From NCBI GenBank assembly GCA_973851085.1, contig OZ316775.1, positions 15,934,001-15,998,000 of the forward strand: a DNA stretch of 64,000 nt. Reading direction: 5' to 3'. A program made the position numbers and the translations under genes. The notes under the pieces were generated by a model. It did not search any database. It was given only the letters and a program-made list of their open reading frames with translations, and was not told the origin of the DNA. The DNA comes from Ptychomitrium polyphyllum. Taxonomy: Eukaryota. The first letter of the stretch is position 1, and every line of letters starts with the position of its first letter. Of the stretch, positions 14,301-27,200 are shown piece after piece.

Positions 14301-17300
14301 TTGCAACTGGTAAAAGTGTGGCACTTATTTGCAGGAACGAGTTACAAAACTTGCTTCTTCACAGAACTGTGTGCACTTGCAAGCCGCCGGCAAGCAACTT
14401 CGTCTGCTCGGCATCGGACCCCCATGAAGATATTTGAGTTCCCATCAATTTCGTGTGAAGTTCCACCACGTTCCCCACACGTTCTCATACAGTGCCCTCA
14501 TACCGTCCTCCGTGTGAAACTCTTTCAGAAGCCGAGTCTTCATGAAATCTCAACGGCGCCGGCATGGGTCAAATTACACGCTGCCCACTGCGACACAAAA
14601 ACAAGGAAAACGGCAATTTAGAGTGTTTCAGAGAAGTTGCTGCCTAGCTTCCGCTTGGAACAGAATTTGGAACCTACACTCCTTTCAAGCATGCAGGCCG
14701 GCCTGCATGATCGGGAACGTTGGGAATGAGCACTGAAGAAAGAAGAAGAGAACTCAAATTGATAGTGCGAGCGTCCAAACGCAGGGCTTTAAAATAGTGT
14801 TTTCAGGGAGATCCGGTGGGGTCTCCCTTTTGATCCCGGCAAGTGTTTGCAATGTTTCCCGACGCACGGCACAGTGATAACAAGTGTTGCATTCACACTG
14901 CACATTCATGCTACACAAGCTCGGAGTTGGTAGGCACATAACAGTCTTCAATGGCCACTTCTGCACTCAAAGGGGTAATTCCATCATTCAAATGAGCGAT
15001 TCCATTGTCAAAATATTATTCTAGTAAAAAGTAGATTTTAGGGAATTTTTAAATAACGTCATAAATTAAATCCACGTATTTAAGCATTCATTTTTGCATA
15101 TCCTAACTATCATTTATATTTTATATTTAGTTCTCTGATGTGAAGGTGATTTGCTTCATCCATTAAAAAGGGTTAGGTGGATATATGCATTTGCTGCTAA
15201 ATTTTTTAAATACACTAGAACTTCAATTACTATGATTTATAATTATTTTTAGTTTTAAGTTTATTTGACATCGTTGGATTGAAACATCATATTGTAATAC
15301 TTTGGATGATTAAAATTTTGAAGAATGCATTTACTTCATCTATTGTCTATAGGTTTTCAATAATGTTTTTTGAATTTAATTTTAGTTCAAATTTTATAAT
15401 TGTAGTAGAAAGTTATTATAAACCATTAATCTAAGTGATTGTAAAGATTTGAAAACTATTTTAATAGAATGAAGTTTAGTTTTGGGCATCTTTTTTTATT
15501 TTAAAATTGAATGATTCTTTCATGGTTTATGGATTTTTATTTAAATGGTTTTCACCACAGTGTTTCTAAGTTTATACTAAACAATTTTTTGAAAGTCGAA
15601 AATGCATTCAAATGGATAGTCAATTAAACTTAATCCTCTCTTTTGGAAATGATGCATCATTATTTTCCAAAATATTTAATTTAAAGAATTTAAATCTTAT
15701 CCGCAATTTAACTAATTTTTGTTTTTGCAATAAATTTAACTTTTACCTTAAAAGATTTTATAGAGGAAATTTTTAAATTTAACTTTTATATAGACATGAG
15801 AAATTCAAAAAGAATAATATTTTAATTATTGAAATAAATTAAACATCTTTAAAAATCAATATAAATCAAGCATATTCAAAAGCTAAAATTTATCCAAAAT
15901 TGCCTTTGTCTATTAATGCCCAATTTTTAAGGTCTAAAATATAAAAATGACAATTAGACTACAACATTTAGTTATTTTTAATATAGAATGTTATATTAAG
16001 TGCTAGTGATTTTAGGAATTAATTATATTATACTTTAACAAAAGAAAAATTGCAAATTAAACCATTTAAAGAAAATTTCGTATAAATTTTTGTCCAAATA
16101 AATATGAATAATAGTGCATTTTTTATTACATTGTTATAATGACCTTATATTTGTGTATATTTTATATAAATAGAAGTTAATGTTGAAATGCTCAAAAAAA
16201 ACCAATTTGTTTCAAAATTCAACATATTTTCTATATTCAAATAATAAATTTTTAAGTTTTAAATTTATATATTTCAATCATATGTATATAGTTTAAAATT
16301 ATTTAATATGAAAATTTTAAAGTATATAAGTTTCTTATCTATCAAATTGGTTTTATAATTTTGCTTTGATAAAATACTAAAACAAATATATTAACATGGC
16401 ATTTTGATAATTACTTCATTATATACCTCAAGTTCACTTGTACATGATTTATTCATTGTTTTGTTTTATTTCAACATCTAAATTGTATTGTGAGGTTGAA
16501 TTCTAATTTACTTTAAGATTCATTCAATCTCATTCTTATTTTTTGTATTGAACTCTTTTACGTATCAACTTGTTTTTTCAATTCTTTCATGGATAAACAT
16601 TCTTTGAATTCCTTCATCTCCAAAAAAAATCTTTCATCCCTTTGTTACAATGACGTTGTATTTCGACTTCATCTTTCACAAGCCTATTATATTTATCAGC
16701 CATTCTCTCATTCTCTTATTTGATCATCTCCAGTTCACTCTCTCTGTCCTGTTTTCTTTTCTTCTCATTTCCTTTTTCTCTCCTCTCCTTGCTTTCACTC
16801 CTGTTCTATTTTCTTCAATCATTGCAAAGTCAATAAGAACTTCAACTGATTTCACCACTTGGGGAGATGGGCATGGCCAAGATGAATAAAAAGTTGTTAA
16901 GAAAGCAAAGGGTCAAATGGCACAGCATGCTGGAGTAGATACCAGAAGGCTCCGAATGACCAAACGATTGGAAAATGGACATGACCAAGACTATTGAAAA
17001 CATGTTCAAGAGACAGATGCGCAAATAGAGTTGCACGCTCGAGCAGATACCAGGAAACTCTGAACCTACACCTATTAAAGCTACAGGTGATCACAGATCT
17101 AAAATGGTGAGCACAAAGTTTGTCACTGGGATTGTCAGAGGGAAGCTGGAGAAGCAAATGTGTATAGAGCAGTTGCGTACACAGTTGCGACTCTCCAAGC
17201 AAATTAGCCGCAATTCACAACCACAATTGCTACGTTGCAAACACAGTTGTACATACAGCTTTCAGATTATGTACAGACGAGTAGATTTAAGTGCTGAGAT

Positions 17301-20300
17301 AAGTATTGAATGAGAAGCAGAGGTGTATTGACATCACTGCTGTGAAAGTACCTGCATTACAGAAATGAACCTTCACAAACTAATCAGCAACCTTTGTGAA
17401 TTGCATGAATTCCCTCCAAGACCTGCGTGAACACAGTGTTTGCAAATGCTATATACACCCTGAGCAGGAATTGTTTAACAAACTTTCCATACGAAACGAA
17501 TGGAACAATATTTCTGAAACCAACTTTTAACAAGAGAGTTGTTTGTAGCAAGCACTCAAAGTTAGCCAGCATGGCGAATGGGAAGTTTAAAAGTTGAGTT
17601 GGATTGATTTTGGGATTTTGTTGTGCATGATGGTCAAAATGAGGACATTCCTAGTTAGTTTTCCTTAAACTCCGACTGATTTCAAAACGGTCAACAGCAT
17701 GGTAAACTTGTTGTACATAGCTAGTTGTACATTCATCTTGTACTCAGTTTATTTCGTTTCCGAACTTTATTTACAATAATTGCAATAGACTCTACAGAGA
17801 ACCAATGAAGGGGCAATGAAGATTGGTCATTTCGTGTTGTGTCCACAAGAGCAGATCATTTGGTGGTCAAGGATCTTATTGAGCCCTCTCTCAGGTATAT
17901 AATGAGGATCCTACTTTTGGTGTTGATTGCTTATTTGAGATTAATTCTTCATTGGAATCTGTGAAATTTTAATTAAAATGAGCGACATGATTATCTTCTC
18001 GCTCAACTTCAAAATTTCTTATGCAGAGGTTCAGCTTCAGCTCTTTATAAAGAAGTCACATAAGGTCTTGAACAATGAAGGTCTTCCATCTATCCATACG
18101 GGGCAGATTTTATTTTAAAGCTTTCTAAAAGCAATTGCCCGGCTATCACCCCCGGGGAAAGAGGTACCTTGGACTTGATTGTGTCGATAGATCACATCAT
18201 CTTTGATGTTCCAAATGAAAGGACTAAACTCTGAGAGTGTCTGTGAAATGCCGACTTTGTATCAGAATCACTTTCAGGTAACTAATTGCAAGTAACATGT
18301 CTCAAAAATGTCCTCCGAAGGCTGATGCTGACTTTAATCTGAAATCAATTGACACGTACTGCGGAGATACATGTGTTGGCCAATTCTTGAGGCGATTCAG
18401 AAATCTTGACAGGGGAACAGGATTAGAGTGTGCAGAAGTGACCTACAAAGAAGCAGCATCCAGAAGCCCTGAAGAAAACATTTTGCCAAATTGGCTCCAA
18501 GTTCTACGACGATATCATATAATGTTAGGACGTTAGTACCCAGTTTAAACGTACAAGTTGTAAAATGTTTCTGAGTTGGTGCATACTAGAACAGTCATGC
18601 CTTGATTTGGTTATGAGTTGAATAACTGAGAAGGATTGTTGTGCACACACAGAACAAATCAGAAAGCTTACGCCACATGCTCTGACTACTGAATTGCAAA
18701 GTTTCTTTGACCTCAGTTGGTCTAAAGTACTCTATTGCTAGTCACATCGACCTGCAAAGGGGCATCTGTATGAAGAAAGAAACCCTTAAAATATCGCCTC
18801 AATAAATCATCAACGTCAAGAAGTTTGCTTTGACAGCCACCCTCGTTGACAATCGCTTTTCTTCACAATCACATTGGCTTCTCGTTGAATGGATGACGAT
18901 ATGCACGTAGTATCATTTACAATGTAACTGTATTTACAAGTCGTGAGTTCGAGAGGGTACAATTGATTTGCTTGCAGAAAATCTTTGTTTTTAGCAGATA
19001 CTGCCCTTCGACATCTTAGTTCGACCTTAATTGACCCTACAGCATCGGTTCGTTTCATGCCGATATGTCGCTTTTTCTTTGCTTTTTCTCTTGAAAGTAA
19101 GAAATATATCGACGAGCAACAATTCAGTATCTGTTAGTTCCACGCAATATTGGCTCCTTTACGTTCATTGGTTTTTTTGCTCTAATGCTAATAGGAGAGA
19201 TTCTCGACTCGGTTGGCAATGATTTTTATGCATGCAACAGAACGAAACTCTAGAAGGTAAATGCTGGCCAAATAATATTCTTTAACTGATAGTTATCTCT
19301 GGTAGACCTGAGGACAGCGTGTGTGTCGACTCAGAAACATCCAGCAACTCGAAATGCAATGGCGGACTCATCTAAGATTTCTCCAGGTTCCTTGCACTGA
19401 TATAGCCGTAGAGGTTTCTGTCAAATCATTGCTGTCTCTAAAACAAGTTCTTCAATCAAGAACAAAAAATGCTACGGACCAGATTCAGTATCAGCTCGCT
19501 TGAGAACCACCGGGACAGAACCTAGTACGGAATATTGCTGCAGCCTCTGGTTCTTCAGTCTCAACATATATATTTTTTCAACAAAGGCCTACTTTCTGTT
19601 TAGTTAAAGTCGACATCATCAGCAAAACAGATCAACTGTGCGAAGAGAAAAATTTAGAAATATCCAAAAGTAGGACTAAGAGAATGCTATTAATCAGTAC
19701 TTGGCCTTCTTCATAACAAGGCCTACAAACAGAAGCAGACGTAAACTTGCATACTCCCAATAAAACAACTTGCACACGATTCTTTCCAAAATGCAACAAA
19801 CACGAGAGTATTGAATAGTTTGGCCATGAGCTACTAGAATAATGGTAGAGTAACTAAAAGACTAGATTACGGTGTTAAAACCTCTTTTTTTGAATAAAGG
19901 GTGCGCACACCCCAAGATTGTGACATTGCTCCTCAAGATTTGATTCTAATTTGATGTGGCTAATCTACCTACTTCATTAACTTGTCGGTGTCTGGCAGAT
20001 GGAAAATGCATGTCACTAGCATCCTTTGCATCAGGGGGTAAATAATTGAAATCAAAGAACTTCCAAGTGCTGCTAATTCGCATGACCCACTACGTTCACC
20101 AGTACCACAAAAGTCTAGCAAAATAGTAGCAGGCAGGTGGCAGGTGGAAGGTGGAACTAACAAAGAGGGCTTCTCTTTGAATCTAATTTAAATTTCAAAA
20201 AGCTTTATCCTAATTCCTAAACACGAACTTCCTGAGTTCGCCTAATCAAGCCTCTTGCATCGAAAGTTCTCTTCCTTCCTGTGGATCCAAATGATACAAC

Positions 20301-20493
20301 AACCATTACTCAAGTGAGCCCTGCCTAGGACGCAAAATCTAGCTGCAAAAACTGATCAATTTGATGTGATCGATAACATTCCTCACCTCCAAAGAAGAAT
20401 TATAAAATAATCCTTTGCGAAGACTGGTAACTTGGTAATGGTGAAATGGCTTCGCATCAAAACCCACCAACAGGTGAATCATGCATTGACGGA

Positions 20494-21249
20494 CTAAACG
20501 AGGCATGAGCTGCTTTGGCCGAGACGGAGCTCGAGGTCCAGGACAGTCTCCTCCTGCTCGCCCATCACCTTGTTCAAGCACGCCGAGAATCTACCAAGGT
20601 TCACTTGCCCATCTGCCTTGCAATGGCGAGGTTTTTCATAAGGGTGGAAAGTACGGGCACAAGAGAGCGACTCGCACAGGATGTCCGGGATGCTCTGGAA
20701 GAGCGCCTTAGTGTTGTCCATCGAGCTTGAGGAAATTGACTCTGGCGAAGTGGCAAGCGGGCTTACAGGTCCCGACATGGACAGGCTCAGGGATTGGGGT
20801 GCGAACAGTTTGGCAGTGCGTGATGGCGTGGGCAAAGGCGGCAAGCGTGATTGCAGCCAAGAGAGGTCGGTGTCAGTGGCAGGTGACGGTGGTCGATGAG
20901 GAGCAGTTGCTGCTTGCGAGGCTCCAGCAGCAGCAGCAGCAGCTGCGCTGCGCACTTGCGCTAGCTGATTGGCATGCGCTCGCTCCCGTCGGTGCACGTT
21001 CATGTGCCCTCCCAACGCCTGCGCAGTTCGAAACTCGCGTTGACAGAAACTGCACGAATACGAGCGGGGTGGCCATTGCCCGCTGCTTGACGCATCCTCT
21101 GCAAACGCACGCACTTCCCACGAATCGTTGTCCATGGCGCTCGCCAGCCTCTTGCTCCATGTGTTCCCTTCACACGACTGTGCAGATGCAGTGCGCCAAC
21201 TCGCCATGCTTGACCATGCTTGCTGATCATGCTGCAACGCCATTGCCAT
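20494..21249 (-). CDS. Single C2H2 zinc-finger transcriptional repressor (SUPERMAN/ZFP-type, QALGGH) with C-terminal EAR motif
   Basis: Intronless 251-aa ORF from ATG 21249: [42 protein letters not shown], a poly-Ala tract and C-terminal LDLELRLG. Confidence 0.95.
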   Translation of the reverse strand: MAMALQHDQQAWSSMASWRTASAQSCEGNTWSKRLASAMDNDSWEVRAFAEDASSSGQWPPRSYSCSFCQREFRTAQALGGHMNVHRRERAHANQLAQVRSAAAAAAAGASQAATAPHRPPSPATDTDLSWLQSRLPPLPTPSRTAKLFAPQSLSLSMSGPVSPLATSPESISSSSMDNTKALFQSIPDILCESLSCARTFHPYEKPRHCKADGQVNLGRFSACLNKVMGEQEETVLDLELRLGQSSSCLV

Positions 21250-24200
21250 CTCTTCCAAAAACCAAAATTCAACTCCCTCAAAAAGAAGAAAAACCAAAAA
21301 GGACCCGTGCAGCCAATCAAGTCTTTGTCTCAACTTTAAAAGGCGCTACTTGTAGACATGTGGGGACCTTGGAGTTAGCGAGCTCCACTGCTGCGCTTTC
21401 GTAGAGATTATGAAGTGTGCATGGATTGTCTCTACTTATCTAGACTGGAAGTGGTTCATTTAAAGAAGTTTTTACCCGGAAATTTTTTGGTCCACGTGTG
21501 GCACTCCAGAGGACTAGGAGCTCGTTTTGCTTCTCCGACCCCGGGTGGGATGTTGATGATAACGAGGAAAGAGCCTGGAAACTGAACCCAGTTCGAATAG
21601 AGTTCGAATCCCTGGAAGCATCAACAGTATGACGATTTTTAAGTATATTAGGGAGGAGCACGGAGGCTAAATATAATGGTCGATTGATTCTTGGTTCCTG
21701 AGATTGCGAGAAGGGAGCCTGTGGCCCTGTACATGCACATGCCTCGAGTCGATGTGGTCGAAGCGCCCTGGACGAAGAAATGGAAAGGAATGCACATCAA
21801 TTTGCATGGCAGTCGGCACCCAGGCCCGGGATCCGATGCATAATATCGGGAAGAAAGGCATCTTGTAGTCAAACTCTCGTCAACCCCGGATTCAACCACT
21901 CATCGCTGATTCAAGGATTGGTCTCACTCATGATGCACGGCAGATCGTTTGATTGTACAATCTGACTAGACTGCACTCATGAACACTGAACTGTGTTTTT
22001 CCCCATCCCCCTCTTCCCCCTCCCCCTCATTTTTGAGTCTAGGCTCTTATTGTTGCTTGATGGACAATAGCATCATCACTTTATATTCTACTCTGAATAT
22101 TAAGTGATCAAATCGTCATTTGAGATCAAAACAAAGAGTATGGAATCTTTATCTAGTGTCTGCTCTAGCTGAGGAGTCGCTAGACATCCGGAATCTTCGA
22201 TTCAGAAACAGGGGTTGCTAGTGCATGATATGCTTTTCTAGTAAACCGTGTTGTTAGAACCTTCTAACACCTTGAAGATAAAATTTCTGCGAAATCAATT
22301 TGAAATTTCTTCCTGGCAAAATACGCTGTTGCAAGCGAAAGGAGAACGTAATTTCGGTAACTCTACGATGTTCCTGGAGGAGCTTGATATAAATCTACTC
22401 CTCCAAGCCAGTAGTCCTTAAATTAATGTAACTTTTTTAAGCAGTTCAGAAGATTTCAGTTTTAAAAGCATTTAGAAGATGTGACCGTCGTCACTGGATC
22501 AGGCGCAGGAATTACTGTGTGCTCCAGTGATCCATTGCAGACATAAAGCAGATACCGAACGTGAAGTTCTGCGAAACAGCAGGCCACCAGACTTAGCGCC
22601 ACAATCCACGCACAAGCGTGTGATTCCGCTCACGTTACCAGGATTACAAGCTTAAAAAACGAACCGAAGAGTTGCCCTCTGCAGCTCCCAGGGCAGCAAT
22701 CGTGCACCACCTCCTCCTCCCTCTCACAATCCAAATTTTAGCAATTCACGAGAACTAAACCAACCCCTATTCCCCCTCTTCCAGGAACCACAACCACCAA
22801 AACTCCTCTGATTCCCCCCTTCCATTTAAGGTTTGGCAGTTGAACAAGGCCCAATTCCGGCAAGAAACGGTTGAGGTCGTTGGGGGCATCCTGAAAACTA
22901 ACTTTCTAAAATACCAGAACTAAAAGAAAATGTTTTTTAAAAAAAGGCTTCACCAGTCACGTCAGTACGTTATAGTTGGAATCCTGGCCTGGAAATGGGT
23001 GGGAATGGTCCTCTCGGTACTACAGTGTACCACTGTTGTGTGAGCACTCGGGTGCTATTTTCTCCCAGGCTGTTGTTAGGGTGCCAATCATACCTGATCT
23101 AGACAGGTGGTTGTTGCTCCCGGATTCCGTCGTGAATGCGGATTTGCATGGCCCCGTTCAGGGATCTGTTCAACTGCTGCAGTTGACTGAGGAATGGGAT
23201 TTCAAATTTCGTGTGATGCCGATGGTTCCATTGGCCTCCATAGCGAGCTCTTGACGGAGACGGTTGGACACTTGCTCTCATTCATAGGGATCCGCTCCTC
23301 TTGGTGGATCTGGCATATGCCATCCCATTGCCATTGCTGCACCATAGCTCAATATAACATTTTGTAATCTAGGCACATTGGACACTACTATCTTCTGTTC
23401 ATTACACAGGGATTAAGTCAGTGTAATTGGAGGACATGATCTAGTCCAAGAGCGGAGAGTGCCCACGTGGAGGGTAGACTCCAAATTCTCACTGAGTGCC
23501 TGGAAGAGGTGGGATCATGCAGAGAGTCTGGGTGTTGCTCTTCCACAAGTCTGGTGGATAGATTTACAAATGAGCAACCTTTTGTAAGGTATTGGTGATT
23601 CGTATAACTTGATCTTGTAACCTTTGGGATTTTTTTCCTTAGAGGATGGTTTCTCATTCATGACATAATGGAACTAGTGCAAGTTAATAGAGACTAATCT
23701 ATTTACATACGTCTAATCTTGGAGGTTATTTGGTCAATGACTACGGGTATAATAGCTTGCATTTACTACAAGAAGACAACGTATAATGTCTTATTTGCAA
23801 TAAATTTATTATTATTCTTTATTAGCACGTCAACTTGTGAACAGATGTTTTAAGTAATTTTAAGATTAGCAAAGGTTTTGACCTGTATTAGCTTTTTGAA
23901 TAAATGAATGAATTTTTTCGAAGACAAAACATGATAAAATTATTATGTGGCAAAAATTACAATGTACTAGTCACAGTCTACGAGTAAAATAACATAAGGA
24001 ATCCTATTTTAAGCTATATCAGAAAACAAATGGATGACTTTTCAGAATCATAAAAGGGCCAGTCTTTATTTTATTTCATTTTTCTAATTTAAGTTAAGTA
24101 AACGGAAGTAGACTTTATTGCAGAAGTAGAGCCAGCTTTATGAATATAACCAGACTGGTCGCTAAAGAGGGTAACATAAAGAAAAATTAAATTGATGGTG

Positions 24201-27200
24201 TAGTTACTGCTCACAAATTTTGATAAACACATACAAATTCTGCAGTTACTGGTGCATAAGTTCCCCATTGCCACTACTAAAAACAAAGATTGATTATGAG
24301 CTTATAAAACAGTATGGTTAATTTTTGGTAGTATGCACTTGTGATAGCTGATAAATGCTTTCTTGGCACTAAAAATGTACATGAAGCAATCACATGGTAG
24401 CTTCTGAGAGCTTCAGTCAAGCATTTAAAGTAAAGTTTTACCAGGAGGAAGAGCACCATGCAAAGATCGTGGATTGTGTGCACCCTAATTTACTTGCAGA
24501 TCACCTTGGAGAACTCCCACCACCTGTAAGGTTGCAGAAGATGATGTTTAGCTGATGAAAAACAAATCTCAAATGTTCAACTCTTTAATTAGTATCTTAG
24601 TATAGCAGACCCTGAGTCAGCAATGAACTCCAAAATGACAGTTCCAAAATGTGAATGGACATTGGTTGTTGATGCTTTATCCAATAAACATTCTTCCTCA
24701 GACTTAACAAAATCACCAACTCCAGAATCCACATCGTTTTAGACTTGCAGGTGCCAAACTCACAACTCACTACCCTCAAGTTTTGACAATTCTCTATTTG
24801 ATCCTGTTAACTAAGCCACAATTTTCTTACAAAATATCTTTCTCTACTGTATCCCTATGAGATTAGGTTTGAAAATGTCAAAAGGAGTACAAGTTGACTG
24901 GAGGAGTGATATCAATTTCCACTGAACAGTTCCATACAGTTCTGTGCGAAGATTGTCGACAAGGTGAATTACAAGGAGCTATTCTCTTCAAGAGTTGCAT
25001 CTAGATTTCTTGAAGAGGTATTTAATTTTTGCAGATCTCAGCTGCTCATATTACAGTATTTTCAAGGTACTCTTTTCCTATGACACTACAACTTCAGGGA
25101 ATGGTGTAGTGATTTATTCTGGAATTAAGTGCCAATGTATGTTCCAGGCAAAATTGTGGTTTCCAACTGTGCCAACCTACAATTCAATGTCTGTCATGCT
25201 TCCCAACCAGGAAACATCTACCACCTCTACTCCCAGGCAAGAATCTAGGAGCACAGCTAAAGACAGGGTTCTCGTAGACACAACAGCATCAAACCATGAA
25301 AAAACTGTGTGGAATAAATACCAAAATTTAAGGATAAAACAGTTCAGCCTGGTCTGTAAACTGAAAGCATTTTAGTATAATATTTTAGTATAATAATAAC
25401 CTACAGCAAAACACAAAATATGATCCTCATTAATCCAAGAGGTGTTTATGTAGCATGCTTGTTGTAAATTGGATAATTATTTTGCAAACAGGGCTTCTTT
25501 TTACTACAAACAATGTTTAGCAAAAACAACATTTAGCAAAGTTTGATACTTGGAGACAAGGTGGAATACTGTTGATCTCGGTGCATGGCACAGGGCCATC
25601 CAGATAACTTAGAGTTGACGAGATGCAAAATCATGCACATCCCACAGAGCAATTTTTTCTACATAGATATGATGTCAATGCTATGATATTCTTCACCTTG
25701 ACAAATGATGCAATGTAATCTGAGTTATGACCAGGATGTCATCCTTCTCCACACTATCTCTGCAAAATTAGCACATACAGGTCTCTTTGAAGCATACTTC
25801 TCTCCTTGATTTGAACCTGACTGTGGCATTCCCTAAACTCAGTGGGCTTGCTTGGGGAGATTTGAAATAAAGCGCACATGTACCTCATATTCATACAATG
25901 GCAAAGCTCAAAATCCCAGAGATACATCCTCAAAATCTGATTCCAAAGGGAGAACTACTTAGTCCCTCAACTGGGCTCAAATGGGCACTTGAGGGAACGT
26001 GAACCACTGTATTTCACTGTAGATTCTATGCCTACTTTGAGGAAGGCATGTTGTCTTTCTGTTAGTATGAATATGTGCTGCACAGATGCTCAACCCTTAT
26101 TGAGCTAGTCCAGAATCCTTCAATAGCATCCCAAAATAGAATATCTAGTGTTAACTTAGACTTAGTTCATTTTCAGAATATCATCATACAATTTGATAAT
26201 AATCCTTATACCTTCTTTGCAAACCTTTTTTGCACTTCTTAAAATCAATAAATGAAGGTATGTATTACTATACTTTAATCTTATCTCAAATAGAATTCTA
26301 TATACATTCTCAGTCATGGCATGAATTAAATAGGCTCATCAAAATTTAATCTTGTTATCTTATCATAATCAAATTAATTTTATAATAATCTTATGGATGA
26401 TCAGTTTATTGATATATATTTAAAATAAATTAACAAATAAAACTTATGTATAATAGGTTATGATTTTTTATTTTAATACATTCATTTGTATTACAATGAT
26501 TAAAAAAATTAACCTCCAGCATTATCAAATTCAAGTATGATTTTTAATATGTAATAAATATGGCTTCAATTAATAGCATTGTCAAAATTTATTTGTGAAC
26601 ATTTAGATGAGTTATAAATTTTTAGATGTACCTCTGAAGTAACTTTCAAACAAAAATTCACAGAATTTTAGACTTTTTAAATTAAAAGTTCTATCGAATC
26701 ATTGTTTTTGAATGTCTTGTTTGAAAGCAAGAATCTTATGTGATTTTTTTTTCATGTTAATTTAATCATTATATAAAATAATGAATTTGTAATGAATCAT
26801 TCAATGAAAATTCATTGTAAATTGATAACAAGAAGATCATATGTATCAACAACTAAAACTTTCTTTTTTTGGTGCATATCTTATTTTAAAATGGCTTAGA
26901 TGGATTTGATAACATTTTGCTTTATTAATTTAAGAATTAGTATCCCCTCGCTTTTGATCATACTAGGGATATCTAATATTAATCAACGTCTTTTTTTAAA
27001 GCCAATAATGATTTTTAAATGATTTAAAAAATGAATCAATAAATAAATCCAAATATTGAAATGAATGATTATTTGGTTTTTTTCAATACAAATATAGAAG
27101 CCTTCTATAATAATACCTTATAACTAAAATATTTTGATTAAGAATTTAGAAATATTTTTAATATAAAAATTTATTATGTATTATGAAAAAAGTATTTTTT

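Noticed and set aside
15000..16600. AT-rich block with a weak D5 C-terminal-like run (KHCGENHLNKNP, minus strand near 15560)
   Set aside because: Too short and degenerate to support a call, though worth including in the same profile search.
21250..21333. Hydrophobic 28-aa N-terminal extension of the zinc-finger ORF
   Set aside because: The ORF track starts at TTG. The first ATG is 21249, and the extension looks like T-rich 5' UTR.
20727..21404. 225-aa plus-strand ORF with poly-Q
   Set aside because: Antisense shadow of the GC-rich zinc-finger gene. The poly-Q is the complement of the poly-Ala GCT run.
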